Origin: Eledone cirrhosa
Lineage: Eukaryota
Assembly: GCA_964016885.1 (NCBI GenBank)
Contig: OZ024746.1
Location: 88,226,001 to 88,290,000 of the forward strand
Length of the DNA: 64,000 bases
Reading direction: 5' to 3'
The translations under genes and the position numbers were made by a program. Of this stretch, positions 13,590 to 28,204 are shown one piece after another. Under the pieces are notes generated by a model. It saw nothing but the letters and a program-made list of their open reading frames with translations, made no database searches and was not told the origin of the DNA. The first letter of the stretch is position 1. The number at the start of each line of letters is the position of its first letter.

Positions 13590-16247
13590 TGTTATACTTT
13601 GGGAGGGTCATGTTGCCAATAAGAAACACACGCACCAGTGATTTCACTTTAATTTATTATAATAAATTTATAAATTTATAAATTTCTGGTTGGTTGGTTG
13701 GTTGGTTCCACAACCAGATAGTTGTTTATATATAGTCATAGTTCTTTCGTCACGCACTATGTGACCTCTTCAGTGACTGGGGATTCCTTTCTTTGTTTCT
13801 GTGCCTCTCCTTCGTTCTGTCCTATGCCATTTTGTTTCTGTGTGTCTGTTGTGTGCTCAGTCTGCGCATGCGCCACATCCGGGTGTTTGTGTGTGTTTAT
13901 GTTCATTTATTTATTTGTTTATTTACATGTTACTGGTTGTTTCTTTGTTCTATGTGTGTGTGTGTTTTCATTTTGTCCTTAATTGTAAGTTGTGATGTTG
14001 CTGTTCCACTCATATTTTTTATTTAATTTTGGTTGTAATTCTTTTATGTGTATTGCCTCTGTAATTTGTCTTAACATTGCGTCTTTTCTGTGTGTAGATT
14101 CTATTTTTATTTCTATGTTCTCTAATTTACCCTTGTGTTCTATTTTAGCATGTTGGTAGAGTACAGATGATTCTTTACTATCTTGAAGGTCTCGCCAGTG
14201 TTCATTTATCCGTTCCCCTACACTACGAGCTGTCTCACTTTTGTACACTATATTTTTGTCTCTACATTGTCCTTCAGTACATATTATGCTATACACTACA
14301 TTTCTAGTTTTACAGTTAATATGGGGGCTTATTTTACAGGTTATACATTTCTTATCTATACATGAGGGTCTTTGGAAAGGGTATGTCTTGCTAATAATGT
14401 TTTTACGGAGGTACCTGGTCTTTCTACTATCTTAATATTGAGTTTATGTTTATTTAGGGCCCTTCTAAATTTGTAAGCTAATTCACCTCTAGGGGTTGTA
14501 TCGATGAACATTACACTCTGGTATTTATTGCTATCATACCATGAGTTTATTCTATTAGCTTTGTTCCTAGTTCTTTCTATTATATTCCAAAATTTGCTCC
14601 TATACAAGTGGCAGGTCCCATTTATGTCATTATTTACCATTTTTCCCATTTAGTTCTGGCTCCTCTATACACTCTGATTGTATCTCTCTGATTGTAGCCG
14701 GAGAACTGCATACGGTGGATGAAGTGTTGTATGTGTCTCTCTAGTTCTTCGGGGTTGCACATGCGGGGCACGTTTCTCATCTCCCGTACCAAATCCGCAA
14801 TCAGTATGTTGATTTTGGTATGGTCCGAAACGGCCGAGTTTCGGTGGATCAGATGTTTGGAAGTCATGGGTTTGGCATAATGGGAATGGAGGATTTGTGT
14901 TTTGTTATTAATGGTATCTAACCAGAGCTCTGTGTCTAGTACAGGTAATCGATGGTTGGGGTGTTTACTTGGGTAGTCTATAGTAACTCTAATGCTCTGG
15001 TGGATGGAGTTAGCTATTTGCTGGATGCTTTCCATTGTGTTTTTCTCTAGTTCCTGACTGTTCTCTAGTGGGGGTGTCTTAACTACGATGTTTATATCAT
15101 CAACGTAGCGGGAGTACATTATCAGGGTTAAGGGGTCTTCTAATTGTTCTTTAAGTTTAATTTTAAGTCTACTGTTCCACCATACCATGAATAAGTTAGC
15201 TATGTCGCCTGCAATGCTAACACCAGTGGCTGCTCCTTCCTCTTGGGCATATGTTTTTCCATTAAATTTGAACATATGTTCCTTGAGGGTTAGTTTTATG
15301 CTGGCCCCTACCGCATGTGCAATCATTTTCTTCAGTTCATCGTGGTTTTCGGGTGTCCGTATGGCTCTGGTCCACCCGTTCCATCTATCTGTGTGGGTTT
15401 TCTTGGCCATTGAGGTAATGGTAGGTGGTCTGCCTCTTTCTGGTCTTGTAGGGCACAGGTTGCTAAGGTCATATGTGTCTAGGTAATTATTACTATAGGT
15501 AAATTTAAGTAGGAGTCCCAGCTCACTGGTATCAATCCAAAGGAACTCAATATTGCTCTCACTGATCATTTCTACGCATTTCTCCACAGTAAAATCCACG
15601 TCAAGAGATGGATACAGGGACACAACATCCATACTACCTATTATGGAGTTTGTTAGGTCCCTAGATCGGTTACTCACGCCGATTCTGCTGAGGAAGTCCT
15701 CCGTGCTGTCACATACATCTGGGGACATTTCAATGATGGGGCGTATGATCAGGGAGAGGAAGTAGGACAGTCTGTAGTTACTAGCAATGTTAGCTCCACA
15801 GACCGGCCGCGTTGGTGGTCCCGCGACAGGGTCACTGCCCGTTTTATGGTCTTTTCGAAGCCCATACAACGCCGGCACGTCATTGTTCCAGGCCTGGAAG
15901 TTGTTGGCAGTCCTTTTGTTGGGCTGCATGTGGGCATTGTGGGCGTTTTCACTATCCTCATGCTCCTGTGGTGTTACCTCTCTTGTGTTAGTGATGTGGG
16001 GTTGCATTGCCTGGATGTAGTTTGGCAGGCTGTCAACCGACATTCTGCCAGACTTGTCTGTTGGAAAGCATGCTATCTTTCGATTACGCGAGCGCTGCAT
16101 GAGCTTGCGCAAGCCATTTGCAGATGTTTCTTCCAGTTGCTGGGCCTCCATTCTATTATGCTTCTTGCTATACTGTTCTATAATATTTCTAAGTTCGGAT
16201 CTAGATATTCTAAATTGTGCTTCTGTTTGTTCATCGACCTGCGACGT

Positions 16248-16250
<3 letters not shown>
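13590..16250 (-). mobile_element. Penelope-like retroelement (RT + GIY-YIG, tentatively Naiad-like), 5'-truncated and frameshifted
   Basis: ORF 14634-16151 has TDKSG, GSMDVVSLYPS, YSRYVDD and LPVLDTELW. After two frameshifts come CIDKKCITC..C and the GIY-YIG ORF 13979-14296 (VVYSIIC..ETARSVGERINEH..LN). The pLTR holds a hammerhead. Both ends lie in (TA)n. Confidence 0.95.
13734..13778 (-). ncRNA. Minimal type I hammerhead ribozyme in PLE pLTR
   Basis: Minus strand: AGTCA CTGAAGA G GTCAC ATAGTGC GTGAC GAAA GAAC TA TGACT. Confidence 0.9.
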
Positions 16251-16297
<47 letters not shown>

Positions 16298-16299
16298 TA

Positions 16300-17130
16300 T
16301 GTGTAAGTGTGTATATTCATCTGGATGCTAAATTTAAATTATTTATCCTGATGCTCATATCAGCGAGTTTAGAAATTGTCCAACTCAGTCAAGCCATGGT
16401 TTATACCCAACTGGTTCAAATGTTTTACATCTAGAGTACTAATATTCAAGTGTTCAGTCGCATAATTGCAGAATCAGCATATTGGATCTACTCCATATCT
16501 CATCAAATTGGCTTGATTGTTCCGTGTTTATAAGCTTCGATGTTGGGCAGCTAAAAGTAAGTCCTTACTCTCTGCCTTCATCCATCAGCTACATACTTAC
16601 TGATGGTTATGCTTTTTATCAATATCAGCTTTTTCCCCACGGGCCATATATGTGCAAAGCAGAGTTTCCTGCTTTTACATAGAAGTAAATGGTTCATGCC
16701 TTTTTTATTAACCATTAATTGTACTTGCTTTGCAGCAACAGTTGTCACATTTCCCTCATTCTCTTTAGCCAAGATATTAGTCATAAAATCAGTAGACAGT
16801 TGTTTGATGCTACAATTATGGTGGGGTTTAAGACGGTTCAAACCGGATGAAGTCTGTGCCTCCTTGGATTCTCGGAAGTCACAGCAGATCAATATGTGTC
16901 TTTGAGTGGTTAATCTTTTTACAAGTCAGCAACTTACGAATTTATGCGTTATTTTTTTTATTATTTCACTGATATTCCATTTCAACCCGTTAAAGATATA
17001 TCTAGCAACTGCTATTGCTAAGCAATGTTTCCTATGCTTGGAGGCCGTAGCAAAAGAAGTTCTGTGGTGAACGAGGCTGAAATGACTGAAGACAGAAACA
17101 TTACTCATCAGCCAATCCCTCATCATTTGT
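16300..17130 (-). pseudogene. Highly decayed LINE RT remnant
   Basis: YADSAIM (YADD-like) near 16470 and other weak RT-like stretches. Confidence 0.35.
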
Positions 17131-18251
17131 TTCAAGTTTCACTTGGAAGGAAAGGTGATGGGGGAGACTGATATACTGCCCTACTCCCCAGTATATTTGA
17201 TAAATGATGGGTGAATGCTGTGAGAAAGGTCCGTGTGAATGCGCCAACTCTGATCATGCGTCTAAAGGCTGGGTTTTTTTAAATGTGGAAGTGTGCCCAT
17301 CAGGTGTCCTCTCGGAGTATCGGGGGTTAATAATTGGGTAGGGGTGTTCTGCGGCGGTACTTGGCGATTCTGCTCCTCTCTGGGAATATAAATTTTTATA
17401 ATTCTATTGTTTAATTGTATATTTTCTATATTGTTTACTCGATTTTATTGTATAGACGCATGGTCTCTTTCTTTTGTATTGTCCACTATATGTCAGCCCC
17501 TGTGGCCCAGGGAGAAATCATCATTGTTATTTTTTATTATGATTATATAATTTTATTATTGTTATTGTGTGTCTTATTGTGTTGATAGAGGTGGCATGTG
17601 GTATTTCTTTTTAATACCTGTATCAAATTCTATTCTGATAGTGTGTTATGGATTGAGGCAAGGTTTTCTTCGAGGAAATGTGCAAACGTTGAAAGTTCAT
17701 GGAATCTCATATCGAGATGTGTTAGTAGTGATTCAGGAAATACATGTTATTATGGTATAGATGTGTACGCAGGTGTATCAGCAAGTAATATGTGAGTCAC
17801 CATATGCATTTGATGTTTGTATATAAAATTATATTGCAATATTTATTTTCCTTTTTGCCATTATGTTAAGATTTCCTGCATTTCAGTTATAACGGCCATT
17901 AAAATACCACGTTACAGTGTTGGTAGAGGTTCTTTATTCAACATACTGAGAAAATTCCTCTTCATAGACCACTTGTCTCCAAATCGATGTATTATACAAA
18001 TACGCCAATTGTTTGCATTCATAGAAAATGTGAAAGCTTTAATATGCGTTTGTACATCATATTGTTCGGGCATAGAGGAAATAATTGGTAGTTATTAAAG
18101 AATCTTGGTTCAAGCAGCAACACACATACATTGTGGAAGTAATCGTGTGACATATTCAATGGTATTCAAATGCGTATGTATAAATGCAACATTCTTTAGA
18201 GCAACAATGTAGCTCATCATATCTAATTCTCTTCCGCTCTTTATATTTATG

Positions 18252-18291
<40 letters not shown>

Positions 18292-19799
18292 TAGAGAGAG
18301 GGGGAGGGAGGGAGAGAGAAAGAGAAAGGGAGAAATAATTATATATATATATATGCCACAGACAAAAGAGAGTCTGTGTTACGACGAATGGAATTTATTG
18401 GCCATATTACAATCGTTTCTCTGGCGACCAGCTCGAGGCACGATCGATGTGATGATCGAACCTGACCCTGAAAATCGCATGGTCCACAGAAACGTCTTCA
18501 TTATATATATATAAATACACCTCCCCCACACACACACATATATATATATATGCAGAGTGTGTGTGTGTGTATCGGTGTGTATATTCAATACAATATATTT
18601 GGCAGAAATTAAAACATAGATGCTTCAGATGCCATGTAATGAGGGGAGGGGGACCCATTTACACAGTCCGAAACACAGTGGTTCAACTCCGGTCCAATTT
18701 CGCCTTGAATTGGTGCGTGGTTGACGCGTTGATTCGCCATATCACAATTTCAATCTTCAAGCGAATTAATGCAGAAGGAACATTAGTATAATATTTAAGG
18801 CCAGCTAGAAACAAAGCAATTTTTGGGATGATCAGTGTTAACAGCCTTCCTATTCAAGGTAATATAATTCATTTAAATTCATTACTTAGCTTATAGGACA
18901 CCCGTGTTGCCATTTGACAATTCTAACTCGACTAAGAGCTTATATCGTCAAATTATTAGAGTTCTTGATTCAAACAATCGCTTGGCTGAGTTGAGTTTAA
19001 TACGGGAATTCAGAGAGACAAGCATTTGCACACCTTCAGTAAGTTGAATATCCAGGAATTCAACGCATATACGACATTTCTAATAGCCTATTTTTTCCAT
19101 GATAATTTATGACAATGTCTATCTATCTAACAAATACACCAATTGTACACTAATACCAAAGATGAGATAGTAAACTATCCGAAGCCTTAATCGTCACTTG
19201 GGTTTAGACAAATTCATCTTTTTAAACTAAACATGAATAAGTAGTAAATTGAAGCGTTCGATATGTAATAAGTCTGATCAACGTGGCTCATAGAATACTT
19301 TTAATTAAAATAGGCTTTAAATAGCTCTTCATTACTTACATATTCACACATACACACGCATATATATATAAATATATATATGTACTTATATATATATATA
19401 TATGTGTATACATAGCCACATCATTGTTACCCTCGCCTGTCTCTCTAGCGGTATTTTCTCATTTACACTTGCAGAGGTCAGTCGTGTCTTTTTTCTCATC
19501 CGCACAACTAGGACTTATGTTAAGTCATTGTCGTGGAATTTCATTTTCTCTCTTTGATTTGTTCACACACTCTTCGTTTTGTTATTTCCCAGTTTTTTCC
19601 GGCGGTTTCCTCTTTTCTCTTTTCTTCCCAATTCCCTTCTGTTATCCTATATTTTTCTCTCCCTCCTTTCTTTTCCCAATAACTTACCTTAGTTATTAAA
19701 CGCACTGGGCGAGATATATTGTCTTTTATGAGTAGAAATATATGAAAGCCCCGAAACTGCCGAAGACTTTCCTCCGTTCATGCTTTCTTCTTATTTTTA

Positions 19800-20391
<592 letters not shown>

Positions 20392-21822
20392 AACAATTGT
20401 AATGTCAAAACCAAAGATATTTCCTTCAACTATGTCGGCTCTACTTCGTCAGACTTCAAATCTCGTTTCAATAAACATAAATGTTCCTTTACGAATATTA
20501 CCAACAAATCTTCAACTTCTCTTTCCAACTTATTATGGAATTTAAAATCCAAGAATATAAACTACTCTTTATTTTGGAATATTGTCTCCAAAAGCACCAT
20601 CTTACGAAGCTCTATCCCAATGTTGTAGCCTTTGCGTAGAGGAAATATTCGTTATACTAAAATCTAAGAACTCTGTTAATTTGCGGAATAATTTATTTAG
20701 TTCTTGTAAACATCGGTTAAACTCAACTTTTAGATATATATATAAAATGTAATATATGTTCATTCTTCCTTACATAACGTTTTCTACATCCAAACACCTA
20801 TAATCTCTTCCCTCAGATTATATATATCAATATAATTATAACCTTCCTAAATATATAAAGTATACTTATCAATTTTAATTTTAATTTACTCCTTGAAAAT
20901 CTTTACTTTCTAATACTTATATTATCGTGCTCTCCACTAATGCTTTTATGAAAATGTTTTGAAACATTCTAAAAATTTCCTTCTAAACACCTCTTGAAAA
21001 TGTTTGTAAAACATATGATTACATTTTTGAAAAGTTCTTTTGAAAGATACGAAAAACCATTATTTCATATCTTCCATTACCCCTACATCTTCCAATATTC
21101 TAAACATGTTTAATACTTATGTATTTTCTTATATATCCAACTATTTTTAATACTTATGTATGTTCATATATATCTAATCATTTATATTATTTATATATAT
21201 GTGGAATAATTATGTCCTATATTTAAATTATATTTTAAGATGAATTTTTTAACTTCTTATAACTTACGTAGTGATTTTTATTTATCCTTGGAGTTATTTG
21301 GGTTTTAAGAAAATTCCTTTTAACTTCCTTTAAACTTCCTTGTTGTTTTTATAATCTCAATATTTATAGTCTTAATTTATAGTCGAAATTGTAAATTGTT
21401 TTAATATATACTCCTAATTAAATAATTTTTCCTTTCTAAACTTTCGTAAATCTTTATAAATATTTGATGTTTAAGATTTAACTTACAACTATTAATAAAC
21501 TCTGGCTAAATATAATGTTGCCAAACTTATTTTAATCAATTAAAATATACTTGTTTTTTTTCCAATGCAAAATACTATACATTCAAATAATTTATAACCC
21601 ATAACATAAAATACCCATCTAAACCTATATATTATTAATACATCTTAATACATTTTAAATACTTCTTTTTGTAATATAGCTATTGTAATTAATTCAATTT
21701 TAATTATATTTTAATTAAATTTTAATTACATTTCTGGTTAAATTTTTAAATAAACTATAACAATATTATTTTGTAAAGATGTGTTAATAATAATTTAATT
21801 TTTTAACTTTACCTTTATAAAT

Positions 21823-22002
21823 AATTGTTTCTACTTTTGGCACAAGGCCAGCAATCACCCAGTATTGGTACTTTAATTTATCGACCCCGTAAGGATGAAA
21901 GGCAAAGTTAGCCTCGGTGGGATTTGAACTCAGAATGGCAAGGGCCGTAACTCTATGCGTCAAAGCATGGCGTCCAAACCTCTAACGATACTGCCAATTC
22001 AC
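21823..22002 (-). mobile_element. tRNA-derived SINE (MetaSINE/MESC-like core)
   Basis: Full-length reverse match to the 45751 copy. Confidence 0.85.
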
Positions 22003-22608
22003 TATAAACACAACATAATGAAAGATATATTTACATTCTGACCAGTCATCTATATAAATTTATTTCTTCGCTCACTTCGCTCCTCTTTCTCTTTCATCTC
22101 TCTCCCTATCACTAATCTTTCTCCCTCTTTTTTTCAATATTGTTTTCAATATTCTTTTCTCTCTCCCTCTCAATACTTTTTCCTTACTCTCTCCATCTCA
22201 ATATTTCTTCTTTCCTTCACTCTCTCTCAATATTATATATTTTCTCTTTTTTTTTCTATCTCTCTCTTTCTCTTTCTATACTCTTCTCGCTCCCATCTCA
22301 CTATTCTATCTCACTCGCTTTCAATATATTTTTTCTCTCTATCTCTCTCCCTCTCAACTTTTTTTCTCTTTATATCTCTCCTTCTCAATTTATTGTCTCT
22401 CTCCCTTTAACATCCATATTGTCTCTCTTCCTTTTACATCTATTTACTTCCAACAGTTTAATCTAAATAAACTGTTGTTTTTTCAATTATTCTGACACTC
22501 AAAACTCTGTATCACCCTCAATTATCTCCACTATCCAACGAATTTCAACCGGGGAGGTTGTATTTTTTCCGGGTATGTCAATATTTATTTATGAAACAAA
22601 TCTGTATA

Positions 22609-22666
22609 TTATCTGATGAAAGCGCACCATAATTTAACTTGGTCGCCCGTGAAATATATATAATAA
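22609..22666 (+). ncRNA. Hammerhead ribozyme motif, partly degenerate
   Basis: TTAT CTGATGA AAGCGCACCA..TGGTCGCCCGT GAAA TATATA TA ATAA. Confidence 0.6.
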
Positions 22667-22708
22667 AATAATTATGGTTTTATAAATATAGTTTCTATTT
22701 ATTAATAT

Positions 22709-22783
<75 letters not shown>

Positions 22784-24864
22784 CTAAAATGTATGAAAAT
22801 GCCGTGTCACAATTTCTGAATTTACATCAGGTACATGCATATATATATGTAAAAATATATTGTAAAATTATTTAATCACTAAAATTAAAATCACTAGCTG
22901 TTATAGGAATCAACTCTATTTCAGGCTTTTAAAAACGATGCTCTCTATTTTATAGTCAACCAGTCTCGAAGGCTCGGAAATGGCCGAATCACTCTTCGCA
23001 TCCATTCAGACATAACTTAAAAAAAGAGAATCAATACCTAGAAAATCATATCTTTTCTTAACTAGTAATATAACAGCTATATAAATTATCGTTGGTTATA
23101 AGCGAATATAACAATAATTAGATATTATTATTCTGAGAATATCATTGTAACATAGTTTATTGATTTTAAACCATGACATGAATATGAATATATGTGGTAT
23201 AAGATGAGAACATGTCTCGAACCGAAGCCCCACAAGGCAAAATAATGAAATATTTTCTCAAATAAATAACATCTCAATTCAATTTTGAACTTATTTCATG
23301 ATATTATGTTTGAAATCTTCACACAACTAATTTCAGAGTCACTAAAATTCCAAATAAGTGATAACACTCACTTAATTGATAATCGCTTACTTATGTAATT
23401 CATTATATAACATTTTAACTCATGTATTTAAAATATTTAAAATATTTCATTCATAGTTGACGAGATTTAATTATACAAATTTCTACTTCGTCTTATAAAT
23501 TATATTTGTCAATTAGGAAATAAAAGTTATATTATGTTACACGTTTGATATTATTCATAAATGTGTGCACTCGATTATGTACAATTTATAGTAAAATATG
23601 ACAAAGTTTAATCAAATGTACCGCTAATCGAAAAACTTTCTAGTAGAGTGCTTGCTATTTGAAAGCCGTTACTGCGGCTATTTTCTTGTTGATCCCATTA
23701 CAGCTAAGTTCGATTCACAATATGACAAAATATAAGTTATGAATGGGACATTTTTGTATTAGGCATTATTCAAGATTCTGTTTTTTATAGGATGTGCGAT
23801 TGTGGGAATATGTGGCCATCACTATGATCTTGTTAAAGTATTATGATAAATAAAATCAATTATTTTATAACAGAATGCCTATATGGGGATGAACGGCTGA
23901 TCACCTAGTTTACAGATTGTATGGTAAGAATTCGCAGAGCAAAATTACATTTCACCTCAAATTTATAGTATTAGAAATGAGTATTTTAATTAAACTTCCA
24001 TAACACTATGTCATTTTACATTTCTTTTCGCAATATGAAAGTTTCTTAAATATTGTGTTTGCAATCAAATTTTCAGAATAACGAATGAACTCCTTATAAA
24101 TTCCACTTTGTAAAACGGTGCCATCAATTAGTCAGCAGTAATAAAACTCGAAACCATTATGTATATTTTAAGAGAAGAATATATGTCACAGTAGCTGAAG
24201 ATTGTAAATAACATTTATAACAGTTGTTGTTAATAAATAGGTAATATAATTTATGACATCACTTCATATTCTAATAAGCCTAATGCAACAGTATTGCAAT
24301 GTTAGTTTTCATTTTATAATTATTTCTAATTATGATATTTAGCTCTGTAAAACAGCCAGAAATTTACTCAATAAATCAATAGGAGTTTTATCGGGATAAT
24401 ATATACTTATTGTAATGTAGTGCAGCGTAAATGGAAACGCAATACTTAGCATCAATATTGACGTGGTTAAGAACTCTCCTTCATTAAAGTCTAATTTTCA
24501 GAAACATTAATGCACATATTCCAAGAAACAAAATTTCTTCTCGCATTAACTACATTTACTTAGATGATTTATCATGCCAACTGATGTGATCTAACAGACC
24601 TCTTAAACTATATAATTTGTTGTTTGAAATGCCTCTAGTGTTCTGTGGAAATAAAATCAGTTCAATTTATTCCTCAACAGCATATACAATTTCAATTGTA
24701 AATACGCTTAGCATGAAATGTATCTGTTGATATCTTGAAACATGCAATGGGCAGCCAACTATAAAAACCCTAAACCTACGCTAAGGTTCATAGTCTCTTT
24801 TATATCTCACTGTATATCCCTGACTCTCGCTATCAATCTCTCTTAATCTCTTTCAATCTCTCTC

Positions 24865-24906
<42 letters not shown>

Positions 24907-24949
24907 GACGAAACATAAGTCAATTGTATGAACTCATAATCCTTTATTT

Positions 24950-25005
24950 ACTGCTATATATATTTCGATGATAGCCATTAAGTGGCTATGACCTCATCAG
25001 GCAGT
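24950..25005 (-). ncRNA. Type I hammerhead ribozyme with intact core
   Basis: Minus strand: ACTGC CTGATGA GGTC ATAGCCA CTTAA TGGCTAT CATC GAAA TATATA TA GCAGT. Sits in a ~320-bp segment (24903-25222) bounded by TA. Confidence 0.9.
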
Positions 25006-25723
25006 TAGTCAGTTCTTAGATATGCCAGCTCTGTGTTTATGGTGTTGATTGTATCAGAGCCTTGGGACATATCAGCTTATTAGGAATAATTTAATGTTGT
25101 CAGCAGGAACAGTAGGGTTGGTATTTCACCTCAAAGAGGCAGGTGGTGTTGTAAAGTTCAAACCATCAGACATGATGACAATAGTTCCATATGACTAATT
25201 TCCACAAAAAGCATTCCTGGTCATATATATATATATAAACCCTAGAAAATGCTATTTTCATCATTTCTAAAAATAGCAAAACAATTGATGCTTTGGATAG
25301 GGTCAAATAGAAGTCGTTAAACATGCTCAACCAACCATGACGCCTAAACCAATCAGCTTTAGAAAACTACTGAAACCACACACAGATTGGTCGAATTACA
25401 GTTTGCAAAACATAACATTCTGTAGGCCCGTTTTACTGTATATGAGGCACATACTTTAACCATCTCATTACAGTTGAAAATGCAAGCTTGACTGTCACCA
25501 CTGAATATGAGCCTGAGGATTGCGAAAGCAAGCATGAAAGTACTTGTTCAATTAACATATAATATTTAATATTCTACCATACTATTTCATTATAATATCA
25601 TTATAATTTGAAAGGATTGTAAATAAAACGAGTTAATCAGAAAAAGTTGGAATTCCTTTTATTAATATATATATAAACTTCTATACACTCTCATACACAC
25701 CCGTTTATATTTATATTTATATA

Positions 25724-25824
<101 letters not shown>

Positions 25825-25831
25825 TATATAC

Positions 25832-25884
<53 letters not shown>

Positions 25885-26065
25885 CATATATATATACATA
25901 TATCCATGGATTGTACTGTGAAGTTACTATAAGTTTAGCCAGGTGAGCAATCGATGTTTATATCCACGTCTGTACAGTGGTGTAGAGCTAAACAAAGTGT
26001 AAATATAATAATACAAGGACGATTTGTTATGTCTGCATTACGTAATGAAGACTTAATAAATCGTC

Positions 26066-26228
26066 CGGCAGTATCGGTCGAGGGTCGAACAACATGCTTT
26101 GACGCATTCAGAGTTGAGAGCCCGCCGAGGTTACCTTTACCTTTTATCCTTACGGGTTTCGATCAAATAAAGTACCAGTAATGCACTGGAATAATTGCTG
26201 GCATTGTGCCAAACGTAGAAACAATTAA
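26066..26228 (+). mobile_element. tRNA-derived SINE (MetaSINE/MESC-like core), diverged
   Basis: ggcagtatcggt...gaggttacctttaccttttatccttacgggtttcgatcaaataaagtaccag. Confidence 0.75.
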
Positions 26229-26271
26229 TACACACACACACGCGCAAACACACGCACACACACACACACAT

Positions 26272-26312
<41 letters not shown>

Positions 26313-26329
26313 CACATATATATATATCG

Positions 26330-26534
26330 AAGGAAATGTGGTAAGGAACCAGATGGACCACAACGGATCAAAGTACTCAATACTTAGGGTAGTAGAGTGG
26401 GTAATAGGAACGACTAGGACCCCGACGGCTGAGCTCAAGCCGTTTCGACGGCTAATTGTGGACTAAAAAAAAAAAAGTCCAGAATTAGTCGTCGAAATGG
26501 CTTGAGCTCAGCCGTCGGGGTCCTACTCGTTCCT

Positions 26535-26536
<2 letters not shown>
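26330..26536 (-). mobile_element. Family F2 element with 5' inversion
   Basis: Same sequence as 6131; palindrome centred on a poly-A near 26470; TA flanks. Confidence 0.8.
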
Positions 26537-26581
<45 letters not shown>

Positions 26582-26699
26582 AATAAAAAAAAAACTGTGT
26601 TAAAGACTCAAGTTAATCCCCTATAATTTAATGAGCTCAAAGTTAAGATTCCGGCCCCCTTATGAATCAGTAAATAGAGAGATGTACACATAGAGCTAT

Positions 26700-27400
26700 G
26701 TGTTTAATTTCGGATGAATCCTTGTAATTGTGTGTTTAGAGGAGGGTGTTTAAAGCCATATACATGTATGCGTTGTCAATAATTTTGCTAATTGGCAAAT
26801 TTAGTTCTGAATAAAATTGAAGTATCTTCATGCCATTTCCATTCACATTACCGATACCATACCCGCCAAGAACATTCCAAATCTCACAGACTGTGTCAAT
26901 ACCTGTATTGAAGTGACCAAGAAGTATTAGCTTCTCATCATTCGGTTTGCTTTCATAGTGTGCCATAACATTCTCTTCGTTAGATTGGTGAATTTTAGCA
27001 TAAATTGAAAAGTGATGTCGCCAAACTTCCATACCAATCCAGAGAAACGTATATTCGTAGATAGAGTATTAATGGATAGATGATGAGAACCCCGAATTAA
27101 CACTGTGTGCAAAGAAAACACTTCTCTTCAGCAAGTGTATTAATGCGAGGAAAATATCAACCAGAGCAGCAAAGTTGATTTCAAAATGAACTCGATTGGC
27201 GGACGGGATGTTTCGGATTTCATAATGTCGAATGCAGTGATATATGAAGGCATTTAGAATTAATGCAAATGCTCATCCAGACGGCGATAGTCTTCATGGC
27301 ACCAACAGTAGCACTCCTGGCAAATGGCGAGGGAAAGCGTTCTCTTTTCAATCAGAGGGCTAGCCGGCGGTTGCACTTCATCTGAGCCGAACAAGTCAAA
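26700..27400 (-). pseudogene. RTE-type LINE AP-endonuclease remnant
   Basis: FSIYA..LILLGHFN..GIGNVNGNGMKILQF.SELNL (degenerate GDFN and N.NG motifs). Confidence 0.65.
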
Positions 27401-28204
27401 CGGGCTCAGTATAATGCCCTAGAACATATTTCATGCGTAAAATTCATGGTGAAATTCTGTGTTGGTTGATCGCGTTTTGTCTGTGTTACCGCTGGCTTCA
27501 TTCCGACTCGTATTGGATATGCAAATCGATTTCCTTCTCCGCACATTATCATAGTGAGATGATATACATAAGCTTTATAGAAGGTATAACGGCCAACCGG
27601 AATCAACTGATTTAGCCAGGTATTAGTAGTGTCCACATCAATGTCACCATCCAATTTTCCCTTGTGCTGTTTTAAGAAAGATGTGCGAGAATTTTCCATC
27701 ACAAAACTTCAAGGAACTGCAGCGATGTGGGCTTACATTGTGAATCTGAATAAATACGTACTACACAATGAATGTTTTCGAGAGAAAATTAAAACATTGT
27801 CATCAAGGAAATGCTGATGGCTGTCATTGTTGCAAGCAATCTTCATCAGGCAGACATATAGCCAAAACTATTCCAGTAGTGAGATTCTCACATATATAGA
27901 ATCACACCAAATTATGATATCAATCCATCTTATATTTATATAAAATTGTTAAGAACTGAAATATATGTTGCTGTTATTTATTGCATATCAACAACCACAT
28001 GAAGCCAGCCTTATAGTTATGTAGTAGTATGCATCATATTAATAACTATTTATTCACTGCATGACACTAGTTAACTCGTATAATACGAAATGGTAAGACA
28101 TATAGAAACAAGAAATTAGTTGCAAGTGAGCTAATTCTGTTCCTGTCTTCATTTATGTATTGATAAATTAATGAGTTTAAAATGCCCTCAAACCTATGTA
28201 TTAC

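Noticed and set aside
23874-23923. Plus-strand exon-like segment with good AG/GT sites
   Set aside because: Stops in all three frames; at most non-coding.
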